Shown: positions 1 through 13,428, numbered from the stretch's first letter. The stretch: 64,000 bases of DNA from Rhynchobatus australiae (GCA_034780895.1 JAUZTB010000001.1:72464337-72528336), one strand, 5' to 3'. The notes: generated by a model from the sequence alone, not told the origin. A program made the numbers and translations.

Positions 1-960
1 CACCATTTCTTTCAATACCTGTGATGCATTCCGTCAGAACCAGGAGACTTGTCCACCTTTAGGCCCATTAGTTTGCTCATCACGACCTCTTCAGTGATAG
101 TGATCGTACTGAGGTCCTCACCTCCCATTGCATTCATAACATCTCTGTTTGGTATGTTAGATGTGTCCTCCACTGACACAAAATAGCTATTCAAGGCCAT
201 AGCCATTTCCACATTACCCAACATTAATTCCCCCTTCTTGTCTTCCAAGGAACCTACGTTCACTTTAGCAACCCTTTTCTGCTTTATCTTATTATAAAAA
301 CTTTTACTACTTGTTTTTATATTTTGTACTAGTTTACTTTCATAATCTATCTTCCCTTTTCTTATTGCTTGCTTAGTGGCTCTGTTGCTTTTTAAAGTTT
401 TCCCAATCTTCCAGTTTTCCATTACTCTTGGCGACTTTGTATGCATGAGCTTTTAGTTTGATGCCTACCTTTATTTCCTGAGTTATCCAAGGCTGGCTCT
501 CACTACCCTTGATGTTCTTGCTTTTAACTGGAACATACCTTTGTTGAGCACTGACAAATCTCTCTGAAAGTCTTGCACTGTTCCTCAGCTATCTCTCGAT
601 ATAGCCTGTGTTCCCATTCTACACCAGCCAACTCCTCCCTCATCCTGTTGTAGTCTCCCTTGTTTAGGCATAATACACTGATTTTAGATCAAACTATTGC
701 ACCTTCCATTTGTGTGAGAAATTCAATCATACTGTTACCACTGTTTCCAAGAGTATCCCTAACTACAAGATTGTTAACTTTACCTGATTCATTGCATGTT
801 CCCTTGTAGGTTCAGTAACATGCTGTTCAAGAAAGCTATCACGGATGCATCCTATGAAGTCCTCCTCAAGACTGCCTTGACCAACTTTATTCACCCAATC
901 TATGTGCAAATTAAAGTCACCCATGACAACTGTCATTCCATTCTTACATGCATCAGACAT
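1..960 (-). mobile_element. CR1-like LINE ORF2 fragment (end of APE endonuclease plus tether), degraded
   Basis: ORF 763..960 has VVMGDFNLHIDW (APE GDFN motif). ORF 12..446 ends in KVDKSPGSDGMH (CR1 KSPGPDG motif just before the RT domain). Stops and frameshifts lie between them. Confidence 0.9.
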
Positions 961-1139
961 GAAATTTCTTCCAGTATTGATGTTGTGAGTGGTCTCTCAA
1001 TCCTGATGGACATAACTGACAGGCTCTTTGCAGGGTGGGACTATAGGTCACTCATTGCCCCGGTCCAGAGGATCTTTCTCCTGGCCTGTACGTCTTTAAG
1101 TAGGATGTACATAGCCTCATAAATGAAGGTGAGAGTTCT

Positions 1140-1141
<2 letters not shown>

Positions 1142-1172
<31 letters not shown>
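1142..1172. repeat. (CT)n microsatellite
   Basis: Directly visible CT dinucleotide run. Confidence 0.95.
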
Positions 1173-1177
<5 letters not shown>

Positions 1178-2277
1178 TCACAGACTCTGTCACTTTGGTG
1201 GTCGTGTAATGTTGCTGCTATCTGTTTGCCAGCCTTATCTGATTGCTATGTAATGAAGCAATGAGAAATGTGCCAAATTTGGTTGGGTCAAGAATTATGC
1301 AGGTCCTGTATTAGCACTTGCATCTGAGTGTAAACCACCCTACCCCAATGTAAATTGTATTTTGGTCATTTCATGATATTTGTCGATTAGGGTTAGAGTT
1401 AAATTCAGCAATATTTTAGCACACCAAAAATAGGAGAAATCAAACCTATTAAGAATTTCTCTCTGAGACCTGCTCATATTATTTTAAGTCTGTGATTTTC
1501 AGGAATTAATTATTGCCCACACAGGATGCAGACAGTTTGCAGCCAATAGCACTTTCGTTTTCTTAAGATGAATCATCAAAACTATTTCCTGGTGTCCACT
1601 TTTCATAGTTAGAACAAAACTTAGACTTTTCTAATATTTCAGAACATTCTCCAATATGTCACTGGAAATAAAAGAAATTGGTATTTGATATCTTTCCATT
1701 TATTTATTTGTGCAAAGTATATCATGTTATTATTGCTCAAAATGTTAGCTAAGATAACTGTGAACAGAGATACCAAGATTGTTAACCAAATGCCACCCAC
1801 CCCACCCAGTTCTGTTCATTGTTACCATCCTTTTCCTTGAAAGATAATAATGGAAACTGTGCTGATTTTTAACTTGGTACAATGGTTACCAATAATGGAT
1901 CTCTTTGCAGTTTATATCCTGTATTAAATAAAGTTCCCAACAATTCAAAGTTGGATAGCTTTTCTGTTGACAGAAGCAGTGAAGCCACAAGAGATTCTGC
2001 AGTTGCTGGAATCTGGAGCAAAACACACAAAGTGCTGAAAAAACTCAGCAGGTCAGGCAGCATCTAGGGAGGGAAATAAGCAGTCAACGTTTCGGGATGA
2101 GACCATTCATCAGGATGGGAAAGGAAGAGGNNNNNNNNNNNNNNNNNNNNNNNNNNNNNNNNNNNNNNNNNNNNNNNNNNNNNNNNNNNNNNNNNNNNNN
2201 NNNNNNNNNNNNNNNNNNNNNNNNNNNNNNCCCAACTGTTACCAGCTGACTCACTGAAATCTTAACTTTGTTCACAG

Positions 2278-2340
2278 GGAGATGTTGGCCTCCCAGGACC
2301 GAGAGGAGCCCCAGGTTTGCCTGGAGGACCAGGCCTGAAT
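2278..2340 (+). CDS. col6a2: Collagen VI alpha-2 triple-helix exon (63 nt; GDVGLPGPRGAPGLPGGPGLN)
   Basis: ttcacag acceptor and gtaagt donor, phase 0/0, seven Gly-X-Y triplets. Order and size fit the COL6A2 helix exons (about human exon 17). Confidence 0.93.
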
Positions 2341-3269
2341 GTAAGTTGAACTTTCTGACCCATCAAGCAACAAACTCTGTTCCTGGGGTTTCATCACATG
2401 ATCTCCCATCTCCATTAGCCTGCCTGCTTACTGTTAAGCATAGGTAACAAACAAATGTGTTCAAACGGATTGCAAAATAGATACAGATGATTTTTAAAAT
2501 TACTCCACGGTTTACCTCCTGGGTTGCTGACTACTGAGTCCATACAGTCAATCAATTCCAGGAGGCTCCAGAAGCTTGAGCTGGGGTAGTCCAACCTATC
2601 GGTAATGTCCAGTGTTAGAAGTGTGTTTGATGTATGCCCTGTCTCTTGGGGGCCCCAACAAGTTGGGTGTTGGAGAACATGCTTTACAACATATCTAGTG
2701 CATGGTGCCGGCCTTGTGAGTGGTATTTCTGGGTCTCTGCATGAACTACTTCTGAAGTGGATCTGTTCAGTAATATAACAACCTATGCTTCAAAAGCCTA
2801 CATTATCCCCACTCTCATGCTCAATCTGGACACTGATCGGATTGAGTTACTTCATTGGGGTGTGGGTCGATCCCTGAAGAAGTGGCTAGAGTGACACCAG
2901 ATGTGCACTCATGTCCTGTGGTATATATCAGTCATTAGCCAATAAAGAAGGGACTATAAACCTAAAAAGGGCTTCTCAAACTATATCATCGCTTTGCCAG
3001 CAAGCAACTTGTTTTGCATGTGCTCCTTCTCTCTTCCTCAGCTTCCTTTTGTTTTAAGTTTGTGGCATAAGCTGAAGCATTTGGTGATGAGCTGAATGTT
3101 CCGGTCTGAGATTTGCATGACATCACAGCTGGATCTGTGTGAGACTGGGCAAGCTAAAGCTCTTTGTATCTCTGGAGTTACTGTGGAGATCACATTAATG
3201 GCCAAATCTCATTCCCTTTTGCATTAGTTACCATTTGGTCAGAGAAGTTGTCATGTGGCCAGATACAGC

Positions 3270-3790
3270 ATCAACTCAACCTTTTAAATTCTCCGATGAC
3301 ACCAACAGCAATGATGTGGCAGAGTACAGGAAAGAGATTGTGAGCCCTGTGGCATGGTGTCAGAACAACAACGTAGCCCTTAACGTCAGCAAGATGAAAG
3401 AGCTGGTTGTTGACCTCGGAAAGTGGTGGGGGTGGGGGGTGAACACAACCCTGTCCTCATTAATGGAGCTGCTGTAGAGATGGTCGACAGCTGCAAGTTC
3501 CTTGTCATCCATATCACCAGCAACCTCACTGAGTCCCTCTTTCACATCCCCTGCTCGGTGGTGCTGCCTCGTTCTCTGACTCTCAATTCTACCTCTCTTG
3601 GTTATTCAGTTATTGTCACTTTAGCATTTCTTTTTGCACGACTATCTTTGTACCATGCTGTTATTTTGCCCTCATTGCTGTATTTATTGTTGTATTTATT
3701 ATTACCATGTATACTGTTTACTCCGTGAGCTTCATGCAAACAAAGAATTTCATTGCACCCTGGTGTATATAACAATAATCTGATCTAAGC
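3270..3790 (+). mobile_element. Rex1/Babar-like LINE RT C-terminal fragment with 3' tail
   Basis: Translates to KFSDDT...WCQNNNVALNVSKMKELVVD and VEMVDSCKFLVIHITSNL, typical of the Rex1/Babar RT end. An AT-rich 3' UTR follows. Confidence 0.75.
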
Positions 3791-4908
3791 TGAAATTCTC
3801 ACCAAGCCATAATAATGGAGGGGCAGACAGGGAGGTGGAGAGGATAATGGTGTTGGAAAAGGGAAGAGTCCAAACCTTATTGAGGAAAATTAGAGGAAAC
3901 CAGGAGGGGGGTGATTGGAATGAGGGGGTGACTTTGGATAGGAATTAAATGGTCAAACTTTATGGTCCACATTGTAGGCCACTGAACGAAGTCCATGAGG
4001 ACATAATAATAATAGACACCCTTAGATGTGCCAGTTACACTGAGGAAGTAGCCAGTGTAATGCCTCCTGATCAAGAAGGGACCAAAGGATGAGCTGGATT
4101 TGGATCTAAGGTTTATCGTCACTTCTGATAAAACCAATGATTATTCAAAATAAACTTAGCCTTCAAAAATGTACGACATCATCGAGGACAAACAAAAGGC
4201 ACCTTTGACAAATTAAGGGATTACCTGTTGAGGAGTTGCTGTTTTGGAAAAATTGCTAGACATGAGGCTGAAGGTTTTTCAAAAGATGTTCAGTTAGAAA
4301 CCTTACAAGAGGTCCACCACAAAACGTTGGCCAGGTTCCAACACAGTACAGTAGCAGGGGTGGGGAGGGCGGATTGGTTGACAGTCAACAGAATGTTTCT
4401 CCAGTTCGTGGGAAGGGGGAGAGGGGAAGAATAGTGGAAGGTATGGTTGAGGAAATATTGGCAGTGCGACTTCAGGGTAAGGGTGATCACTGAGAAAATG
4501 AGAAGAGTTTTGGGTAAATATTTATACACGGAAGGTTGTGGGAGCATCAAGTACTTGGCCGCAGGATATGCTCAAGGCAAGGACTCTTGCTTCAGTAGTT
4601 AGCATCAATATTTGAATGACTGAAAAGTGGGCAGCTGCAGAGAAAGCCAGGTAGACTTGGATTAGTTTGAATTATTGAAGCAAAGAGGGGCCCTTGCCTC
4701 TACACTACTCTCTGTTATCCCTCCCCCTCCCCCTCCGATGACCCTCTCCTTCCCCCCCCCCCCACCATCACCATCCCAATTGCTGCCTACCAGTAATGGG
4801 ATGACCCAGACACACAATCTATATCAGTTGAGTGCTCTGTAGTTACACTTGCTGTATGGTTTACGGATTCTACAACCGACTTAAAAACCTACCTTTCCCT
4901 TGTTGCAG

Positions 4909-4971
4909 GGATCACGAGGAGACCCAGGTGAGGTTGGACCAAGAGGTGACCATGGACCTCCAGGCCCCAAG
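4909..4971 (+). CDS. col6a2: Collagen VI alpha-2 triple-helix exon (63 nt; GSRGDPGEVGPRGDHGPPGPK)
   Basis: ttgcag acceptor and gtacgc donor, phase 0/0, Gly-X-Y x7 with two RGD motifs as recalled for human [21 protein letters not shown]. Confidence 0.95.
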
Positions 4972-5129
4972 GTACGCATTTGGACAGTTGGCCATAAACA
5001 TTGTTGGTATGTTGTCAAATGATGTCGGGTAAGTGTGAAGATTGCCATTGTGTCGGGTTCCTGACTGACGATGGATAATGATAATCTTTGAATCTAAGAA
5101 ACTTTTGCAGTACTTTATAAAACTAAAAA

Positions 5130-5600
5130 AAAACTGCAAATCCCAAATAAAAGCAGAAAATGCTGGTAAATACACAACAGATCAAGCAAGATTCGTGGGG
5201 AGAAGCAAGGTCAGTGTTTCAGGTGCAAGATCCTTCAACAGCACTGGGTGAAACTCTGAGTTGACAGAAGTGCTGAGTTGTGCAGAAAAGGATGAAGAGG
5301 AGAGGAAACAGGAGAAGGTCGCTTATCTTCACCTCACCCATCTGACTCCCCTGATTGCTCCATCCCACTTCAGGGACAGGCTATTAACCATTACAAGCCC
5401 ACAAATTCACACCACTACCTTGACTGCACAACTTCCATCCTGTTCCTGCAAAGATTTCAGTCCTTTCTCCTGATTCTTCCATCTTTGTACATCTGTTCAG
5501 GAGATGTCTCCGGCCACACCGGTGCTTTTGAAGTGCCTCTCTTTTCCTGAGGTGGGGCGTATCCTCCACCAGAGTAGACAGGGCTCTCAACTGCAACTTC
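5130..5600 (+). mobile_element. Penelope-like element fragment
   Basis: Degenerate S-H-P-x-S-C-K-D-x-x-P-F-S-type RT C-terminal segment near 5430-5500, preceded by the repeat head also seen at 1985, 16690 and 39205. Confidence 0.5.
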
Positions 5601-6399
5601 TCCAGTTCCTCCTCCCCGTGTCGCCACAGTCTCTGGTCCTTCTCCTCTGCACACTCTTACGTCCTTGAGGTCCTTTCTCAGCAGGTCATAGCAGTTGCAA
5701 CTATAGTGAGCTCTGCAATCCCAGCTACAGCATCCCATTATTCCACTGGCTTCTTGTAGTCATTTGACACCGCAACACATTTACATGGATTCCCACATCA
5801 ATTCTCACAAATGCTTAGATAGTTAATGCACATTTCAAGTGCCGACTGCCATGTTATGTCAAATGCCAGGTTTATAAAAAGACCATTGAGAATCATGATC
5901 TACATTTCAGTTTATAAACTTCTACTCTCCTTCATATCCCATCTAGAATGGTTCTAATTGAGTAAACATAATCTTACTAAGAAAAAAAGCACAGCAAAAT
6001 TACAATTTGTGCTTTTGCACTCTTCATTATTTTTTAATTAGAGTGAAAAATAACAAAACATTTTAATGTACCATAAATATGCAATTTAGCTTTCAAGGTA
6101 TTCCAATCTACAAGACAATAAATTACTTTCTCTGTGTATGGAACGGTAAAATTTTCCCATGGCTGATTTTGCTTCCTGGTTTTAAAAAAGATTACCCTTT
6201 TCCATACAAGCAAGATTTACGTCCACATAAAATATTCCAAGATCTGCAACCTTCTCAGATCATCCATGACATTCCTCCAGCTTTAAAGAGCATATTTCTG
6301 CAGCACCTTTATTTCCGTTGTTATTCTAAATGGGCCCGATTGTCAAATCTGTTCGTGAGCAACTCATCCCACGGTTCCAGCCACACCATTGGATGTAAT

Positions 6400-7058
6400 T
6401 GGTTATTGGTTTACTATTGTCATCTGCGCTGAGATACAGTGAAAAACTTTGCTTTGTGTGCCATCAATACAGATCATTACCAACATCAAGGTAGTACAAA
6501 AGGAAAAATAATAACAGAATGTAGAATATAGTGACATAGTAACAGAGGAAGTGCAGAGTAGGTAGACAATAAGGTGAAAGGCCATGATGAGATAGACTGT
6601 GAGGTCAAGAGTCCATCTTATCATACAAGAAGTCAATTCAATAGTCTTATAAAAGTGGGATAGAAGCTGCCCTTGAGCCAGGCAGTATGTGTTTCCAAGC
6701 TTTTGTATCTTCTGCCCGATGCAAGGGGGGAGAAGAGCGAACGTCTGGGGTGGATGGAGTCACCTATTATGCTGGCTGTTTTACTGTGGCAATGAGACTT
6801 GTAGACAGAGTCCATGGAGGGGAGATTGGTTTTCATGATGGACTGAGCTGTGTCCACAACTCTCTGCAAATTCTTGCGGACTTGGGCAGGGCAGTTGCCA
6901 TACCAAGCTGTGAAGCATCCAAGTTGGATGCTTCCTATGGTGCATCTATAAACATTGGTGAGGATGAACAGGGACATGCCAGATTTCCTTAGCCTTCTGA
7001 GGAAGTAGAGGCACTGGTGTGCTTTCTTGGCCATGGTGTCTACGTGGTTGGACCAGGA
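6400..7058 (-). mobile_element. Rex1/Babar-like LINE 3' fragment
   Basis: ORF 6633..7124 contains WSNHVDTMAKKAHQCLYFLRRLRKSGMS...YRCTIGSI...WYGNC, the conserved post-RT region of Rex1/Babar. The 3' UTR ends near 6400. Confidence 0.85.
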
Positions 7059-7061
7059 CCT

Positions 7062-7240
7062 ATCAGAGGAAGTGGCTGAGGCTGGTGCAATAACAACTTC
7101 TACAGGACAGTTGGGCAGGTACATGGATAGGAAAGGGTTAGGTGGTTATGGGCCAAATGCTGGCAAATGGGACTAGCTTGGATAGGGCACCTTGGTCGCC
7201 GATGGGCTGTATGGGTCTATGACTCTGTGACTATGACAAG
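7062..7240 (+). mobile_element. CR1 LINE 3' end fragment
   Basis: Characteristic 3' sequence (gaggctggtgcaataacaac...tacatggataggaaaggg...atgggccaaatgctggcaaatgggactag). Confidence 0.65.
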
Positions 7241-7989
7241 CTCTTGATGATATTTACACCATGGTGGGATCCCACCAAACTGATCTCCTCAGCAACGAGG
7301 TAGCTCACATGACCGGCACTGATGAAGTCGGAGCGAGAGGCACACACCTCCCTCTCCCACAACAAAACCCCTTCGACCAGTCGAGGAGTGATCGGAAGAT
7401 CTGATTATTTTCCTCAAGCTCATTGTCTTCACTATAATATACTTGACGAGCAAGAGAAACATTTGCAACTCTTCATTTTACAGGCATTTGTCATGATTGA
7501 TCAGAAAATAATTAAAGATTAATTAGCGAAAACACTGTGGTCACCACAGCTCAGAGGTGGAGCTACTGGGTCCTGTTTGTGTTGAGTGGTCAGAGCCTGT
7601 TAACACAGTGCCACGAGTCAGCAATGTTCCTGGAGAATCCCTGCATCAGCCAGACCATCACCAGGGGAGTTTAAAAAGAAAAATAACTAGCAGCACATGA
7701 ACCAATTTCTAAACACATGTCAGGGTGCAGTGCTTACTTTTTNNNNNNNNNNNNNNNNNNNNNNNNNNNNNNNNNNNNNNNNNNNNNNNNNNNNNNNNNN
7801 NNNNNNNNNNNNNNNNNNNNNNNNNNNNNNNNNNNNNNNNNNATATCAATTGATTTTTTTGTTTATCGATATGAAGCATTGTGATTTCTAGTGTGATTCA
7901 ATATAATCTATTTTGTAATATTTTCTTTTTTTTTCCTTTGTTTCATGTATTTTGTACTTCTTATTTGAAATTAATAAAATATTGAAAGA

Positions 7990-8480
7990 TTCTGCTACCA
8001 GGCACAACTTTCCCCTCCCCTCCCTTTCGGCATTACATAGGGATTGTGCCCTCCATGATTCTCCTGTTCACTCTTCCATCTCTGCTAACCACTCTCCCTC
8101 CCTTGCACCTTCCCATGCAGACACGGGAGATGCAACGTTTTCACCTCTTCCCTTCCCACCATCCGGGGACCCAAACAGTCTTTCCAGGGTGAAGCAGCGA
8201 TTCATTTGCATTTCTTCTGATTTCATGCGCTCACCACGTGATGTGATCTGCGTCAGAAAAGTCATCACTGATTGGGTGAATGCTTTGCAGGCCACTTCCC
8301 TTCAGTCCACAAGGACAACCCTGAGCTTCCAGTTGCCGGCCACTTCAATTTGCCCTTACAATCCCACATTATTGTCTTCCTCAGCCTTCTATATTAGTCC
8401 AACACCCAATGTGAGCTCGAGAGACAGCACCTCATCTTCTGACTGGGTACATTACAGTTTTCAGCATTAAATTCAACAGT
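7990..8480 (+). mobile_element. Penelope-like element, degraded GIY-YIG endonuclease region
   Basis: ggacccaaacagtctttccagggtgaagcagcgattcatttgc gives GPKQSFQ-VKQRFIC, followed by a PVAxHFN-like segment. Homologous to the 40640-41050 copy on the - strand. Confidence 0.65.
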
Positions 8481-8989
8481 TTCAAATAATCAGCAAATCC
8501 AGCTATTGTATTCCACTTTTCGAGGACCCATGGTACATTTTCTCTTTTCTGGTAATTTCAGATATTTGTTCTATTTTTTTTCTGTTACTGACCCTTCTCT
8601 GCCCAGCCTGGCTTTTATTCACCAACGTGTTTACCACCTTCTTTCTCTGTTTACCACACACTGTATCATTTCAGAGAAGCAAAGGACTGCAGATGCTGGA
8701 ATATCTAGATGACACTTCACTTCCCTTGCCCTCCAACCTATCACCAACTTTTCTTTGTGTTCAGTTAGACCACAAGACATAAAACGTAGGAGCAGAATTA
8801 GGCCACTCCCTCCTGCCCTCTCCATTTTCTCTGCAACATCCAACTTTTTTTAATCGCTTACTTTTCCCCATTGGCCATGCAAGTTCATTGACCTGAAACA
8901 TTAACCACATATCCCTCTCCACAGATGCTGAATGGCCTGCTGAATTTTTCTAGCATTTTATTTCTTGTGATTGCAGCTTTATAAAATTC

Positions 8990-9535
8990 TGCTTAGACTG
9001 CATCTAGTTCAGTTCTGGTCCCCCTTTATAGGAAGGACGTGGAGGATTTGGAGAGGGCACAGAAGAGGTTTTCCAAGATGCTGCCTGGATTAGAGGGCAT
9101 GTGCTATAAGGAGAGGTTGAACAAACTAGGGTTGTTTTCACTGGAGTGGTAGAGGCTGAGGGGAGANNNNNNNNNNNNNNNNNNNNNNNNNNNNNNNNNN
9201 NNNNNNNNNNNNNNNNNNNNNNNNNNNNNNNNNNNNNNNNNNNNNNNNNNNNNNNNNNNNNNNNNNNNNNNNNNNNNNNNNNNNNNNNNNNNNNNNNNNN
9301 NNNNNNNNNNNNNNNNNNNNNNNNNNNNNNNNNNNNNNNNNNNNNNNNNNNNNNNNNNNNNNNNNNNNNNNNNNNNNNNNNNNNNNNNNNNNNNNNNNNN
9401 NNNNNNNNNNNNNNNNNNNNNNNNNNNNNNNNNNNNNNNNNNNNNNNNAATGTAATTAGACGTCATTAGCTTAATTAGTTTGGCAAAATGTCAAGGGCTG
9501 AAGGGCCTGTTCCTGTGCTTGTACTGTTCCATGTT
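8990..9535 (+). mobile_element. CR1 LINE RT C-terminal and 3' fragment, interrupted by an N gap
   Basis: Translates to VQFWSPLYRKDVEDLERAQKRFSKMLPGLEGMCYKERLNKLGLFSLE. The gaagggcctgtt tail follows the gap. Confidence 0.85.
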
Positions 9536-10664
9536 TTATGTCCCAATATGCTTGGTTGGCACATGTAATGGTGGGTAGGAGAGGTGGGGGAGTGGGTTAG
9601 AGCTAAGAGTCCTCCACATTCAAATTGCACAGATACAGGTTCTTGTGCTAAATATACGATAAGGCTAAGCCTAATAGTCAACCAGATGAGCAACAAGGAC
9701 AGACTAGAGAACGGCCAATGACACAGGAAGATGCTCATTGGATTTAAAATGAACTTCCAAGATGTTGTACTTTGAACAAATCTGCCAAATTGTTGTCAAA
9801 ACTTGAGGGAGTTCAAGATATATTGGATGCAAGAGAGGCTGAGTGTCGAGAAGGAGTAAGCTCAAGAGGCCAAGTCTTCTCTCCTTGTTGATACTCTAAT
9901 GTTTGGCTCAAAGTTATCTCGCACCAAGAGACCAGAGTAAGTTAGGTGCCAGTGGCTATCCATGCACTGAAAGAGGTAGTGCTGAGGTCTACCCAGTGTT
10001 GGGTTGTGGGGCCTCCTTTCCCCCAGTCTGATGAGCTCCACTGGGTGCCTGCAGGCCAACCATTAAGCAACAAGATTTCCCTGTGGGCTTGTACCCAGGC
10101 CAGGGCAGATGCGATTGGGGTGGACAAGTGAGGTCAGGAAAGGGCAGAAGCTCAGTTTAGAAGAGAAGGGCCAATTGGGAGAAGCAATTGAGAAGGGGAA
10201 ATACTCCAGAGAGAATTGAAATGAAGGGGAAGCCATTGAGCGTGATGCTGAGAGATGATATGATGGAGTAGAGGGCTGGCTGCTATCATTTCAGATCATG
10301 AGGAAGTGGGGAAAGCCTTTGGGAGCAGGAAGTAGAGCGATTAAGATCGGGGTGAAGTGAGGAGGCAGGGCCAGATAGAATTCAGCACAAAATGTTCATC
10401 ACAGTGAAATTGGAAGATTCACTTCTCTGCCAGCTCTACCTTCTGATAAATACGTCTTTTTTTTTAGAATGTGACTTCTGTCTTCTCGTTGCCGTGCTTC
10501 CTTTAAAATTCTACCTCATTCTCATGTTTTCCAAAAGTGATGAGACTTCAAAAGGTCATCGCTATCTGGGTGTCATCAAATATGCCATACCAATGCAAGT
10601 CTTTAGTTGATCAGGTTCCTGGTCTGTGTTGCCTGTGTAACTTTCTTCTTGAACTTGTTTTTAG

Positions 10665-10715
10665 GGTGACAAAGGAAGGCAAGGATTCAGTTTCCCAGGA
10701 CCCAGAGGAGACCAG
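10665..10715 (+). CDS. col6a2: Collagen VI alpha-2 triple-helix exon (51 nt; GDKGRQGFSFPGPRGDQ)
   Basis: ttttag acceptor and gtaacg donor. The 51-nt size and GFSFPG helix interruption are characteristic of collagen VI (human GFSYPG). Confidence 0.95.
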
Positions 10716-11428
10716 GTAACGGGGCGATGTGTTCATTACTTTTCATTACATCTTTCCCTGCTTCAGCAATTTTCTTCTGTATATGTTGAACAGGCAGGAT
10801 TTTCAGACTATTTGGAAGCTGCTTATGTAACCTGGATGTGGAGCATTTCGATCATTTACAGCAAAAATATTTCTAACAGTAAACACTTAACCGATGTCTA
10901 CAAATTCTAACATCTATTCAAACAAATCATAACCAGTTGCGGCTAATCTGGCGTTACAACACGGGCTGTTTAGTTTGGAAATTCTGGAGTGCACTGATGG
11001 TGTTTGAACATGTCACGTTCATCCTATGAAAAATGTTGATCTTCATTGCAACTGGATTAATGTTAGTTAAAGCGATAACGGCAAAGAACTACTTGCCTCT
11101 TCCTTTCTTCCCTTTTCCTCTTGTCCCTTTCCCTTTTCCACCTTAATCCCTCCTCTTCCCCTCTCAGCCCTTCTCTCATTCTCCTCTGCCCTCTTCCCCT
11201 TCCCCATTCCCTCCCACCCCCTTCAACTTGTTCCAGATCCACTTCTTCTAATGATCCAAATTCATTGTTTTTCTCACTCTCCTTCACTCTTGACCCTAAT
11301 CAATCAACGCCCTCTTTTGACTGAATGTTGCCCTGATTCCTGATGTGTTACCCCTCTCTGTGTATCACTCTGTGGTAGGACAATCATGAACAGAAAGTTA
11401 TTACTGTTTCTTTTCCTTTGCTCCTCAG

Positions 11429-11464
11429 GGTGATGAGGGAGTGCCAGGACCTGATGGGTACATG
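11429..11464 (+). CDS. col6a2: Collagen VI alpha-2 triple-helix exon (36 nt; GDEGVPGPDGYM)
   Basis: cctcag acceptor after a pyrimidine tract and gtgagt donor. Four Gly-X-Y triplets. A 36-nt exon is expected at this position. Confidence 0.92.
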
Positions 11465-11719
11465 GTGAGTTGATGTCTCCATTGAATTGAAACTGTTTGC
11501 GAGGACATGTGTTAATCTGATGAATCACGCGACTGAATTTTGAGTGAGGCAAAACAAAAGTCCCTGTAAGCTGATAGTGGTTAGCACATGAGTTGCCCTT
11601 AGAAAGGGAGGCTGGATATTATGGTCCAATGAATGTTGATGATCTGGCGTATGATTACTGGAATCAGTAACAGACCAGTTAAGAATTCAAGATCGTGCCT
11701 AAGACTCTTGCTGGAACAC

Positions 11720-12183
11720 AAGGGAAAAGGAACAGGAGTAGGCCTTTAAACCTGGCTACATCATTCAATGTGATCATGGCAGATGTGCTCCAGGCCTTGT
11801 TTCCTCTTCTGTGCCAGTTCCCAACAGCTCTCAATTCCCCAATCTTACCAAAGTTTATCTACCTCCTCTTTAAATACCCCAATGATCCAGCCTCCACTAT
11901 CCTCCAGGTTCCAGAGCTTCACCACCCTCTGTGAGAAGTTACTACACACCTCTATATTGAAAGACCATCCCCTAATCTTGTAACCATGTCCCCTCATTTG
12001 AGAATCTCTCACAGGGGAAAGCATCTAATCATCTACCCTATCATGCCAACTAAATATCTTATTTGTTTCAGTAAGATCACCCCTCATTCCTCTAAACTCC
12101 AAAGAATTTGTTTAGCCGCTCATAATATGACAACTCTCTCATCCCAGAAATTAGCCTGATGAATTTCTTTTGGATGACCTAGA
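11720..12183 (-). mobile_element. CR1 LINE 3' fragment
   Basis: Reverse complement of the CR1 RT end and 3' UTR (taagatcacccctcattcctctaaactcc; similar to copies at 14150, 35100 and 52190). Confidence 0.7.
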
Positions 12184-12769
12184 NNNNNNNNNNNNNNNNN
12201 NNNNNNNNNNNNNNNNNNNNNNNNNNNNATTTACCATCTCTCAAGATATGCTGTAAATTATGTACCAAGACCCCAGTGCAGTGGTCAACAAGCTTGCAGA
12301 CTTTTTGTCCAGCAGTGTGCTTTCCGCTATGGTGGGTGAGAAGCATCCTTTACGAATGCCAAGGGAGATATTTTGCAGTCATTGATACCAGCCTTAGCTA
12401 CTTTCTATGGAGGCTGAGGTGTCCTGCAACAAGGCTGACAACTACTTTTTTTTTAAAGTTAACTCTGGCAGAGCAGTTCTAGTCCACATTGAAGCACTCA
12501 CTCGCCCATTGTTCCCATCATCTTGGATCCAGACCTACCCCCCACAATCCTCATTCAATTTCTCTCCCGTATCAAAAAATTAGGACAAGGAAATTGCAGA
12601 TGTGTTTAGCTGTAATCTTCCAAAACACACTTGAATGGTGGAAGGGGTACTAAATGCAGCACATGTCACTCATTTTTGGAGTGTGAACATCCAGTTTCAG
12701 GGCAAAGGTCACTCCACAGAAGAGCAAAGTCAAATTATTCAACGTTAAGACCTTTTTTTCCCCCTTCAG

Positions 12770-12832
12770 GGTACCAAAGGAGAAATGGGACGCAAAGGAC
12801 AGCAAGGAACTAAGGGGACCACTGGTGAAAAG
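12770..12832 (+). CDS. col6a2: Collagen VI alpha-2 triple-helix exon (63 nt; GTKGEMGRKGQQGTKGTTGEK)
   Basis: cttcag acceptor and gtaagt donor, Gly-X-Y x7, phase 0/0. Confidence 0.94.
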
Positions 12833-13036
12833 GTAAGTCTAATTTCCCAAAATCCAGTCAACTTTGCATCCAGAACTTGATCAGATCCAATGCTTGGTGC
12901 CTTTCCGAGTCACCAACTAGATACCCTTTCTATTGATGGTTCAACATATCCAGTTGAAGCGGTCATAATATGGATCACATGAATGTGTTTATAATTAAAT
13001 AAAAATCACAGTGCGACTTATTTCCTTTTGTTCTAG

Positions 13037-13099
13037 GGTGATCCTGGACCAATGGGTGAGCCAGGAGAGAGAGGGCGACCAGGAGAACCAGGACAAAGG
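13037..13099 (+). CDS. col6a2: Collagen VI alpha-2 triple-helix exon (63 nt; GDPGPMGEPGERGRPGEPGQR)
   Basis: ttctag acceptor and gtgagt donor, Gly-X-Y x7, phase 0/0. Confidence 0.95.
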
Positions 13100-13427
13100 G
13101 TGAGTGACACTTGGCCTGACCTGTAACAGAGGAGTGAAAGTTGAATCTGCTTGTGGGCAGTGTTATGCGTTATGTAAATAGGTTAAGATACAAGTATCCA
13201 GAACAGCCTAGTTGAAGTTCAACATTCACAGCATTATCTGCATTCACAGGGGTGATGAGAGGAAAATGGAGGGATATGGGCATTGTGTAGGTAGGAGGGA
13301 ATAACTACATCAGCGCAGCATTGTGGGCCGAAGGGCCTGTTCTGTGCTGTACTGTTCTATGTTCTTTGTTGGAGGTCAGACCAGCTTTTAAAGGGCATGG
13401 GATGAATCTGACACAACCATGCACAGG

Positions 13428-13428
<1 letters not shown>

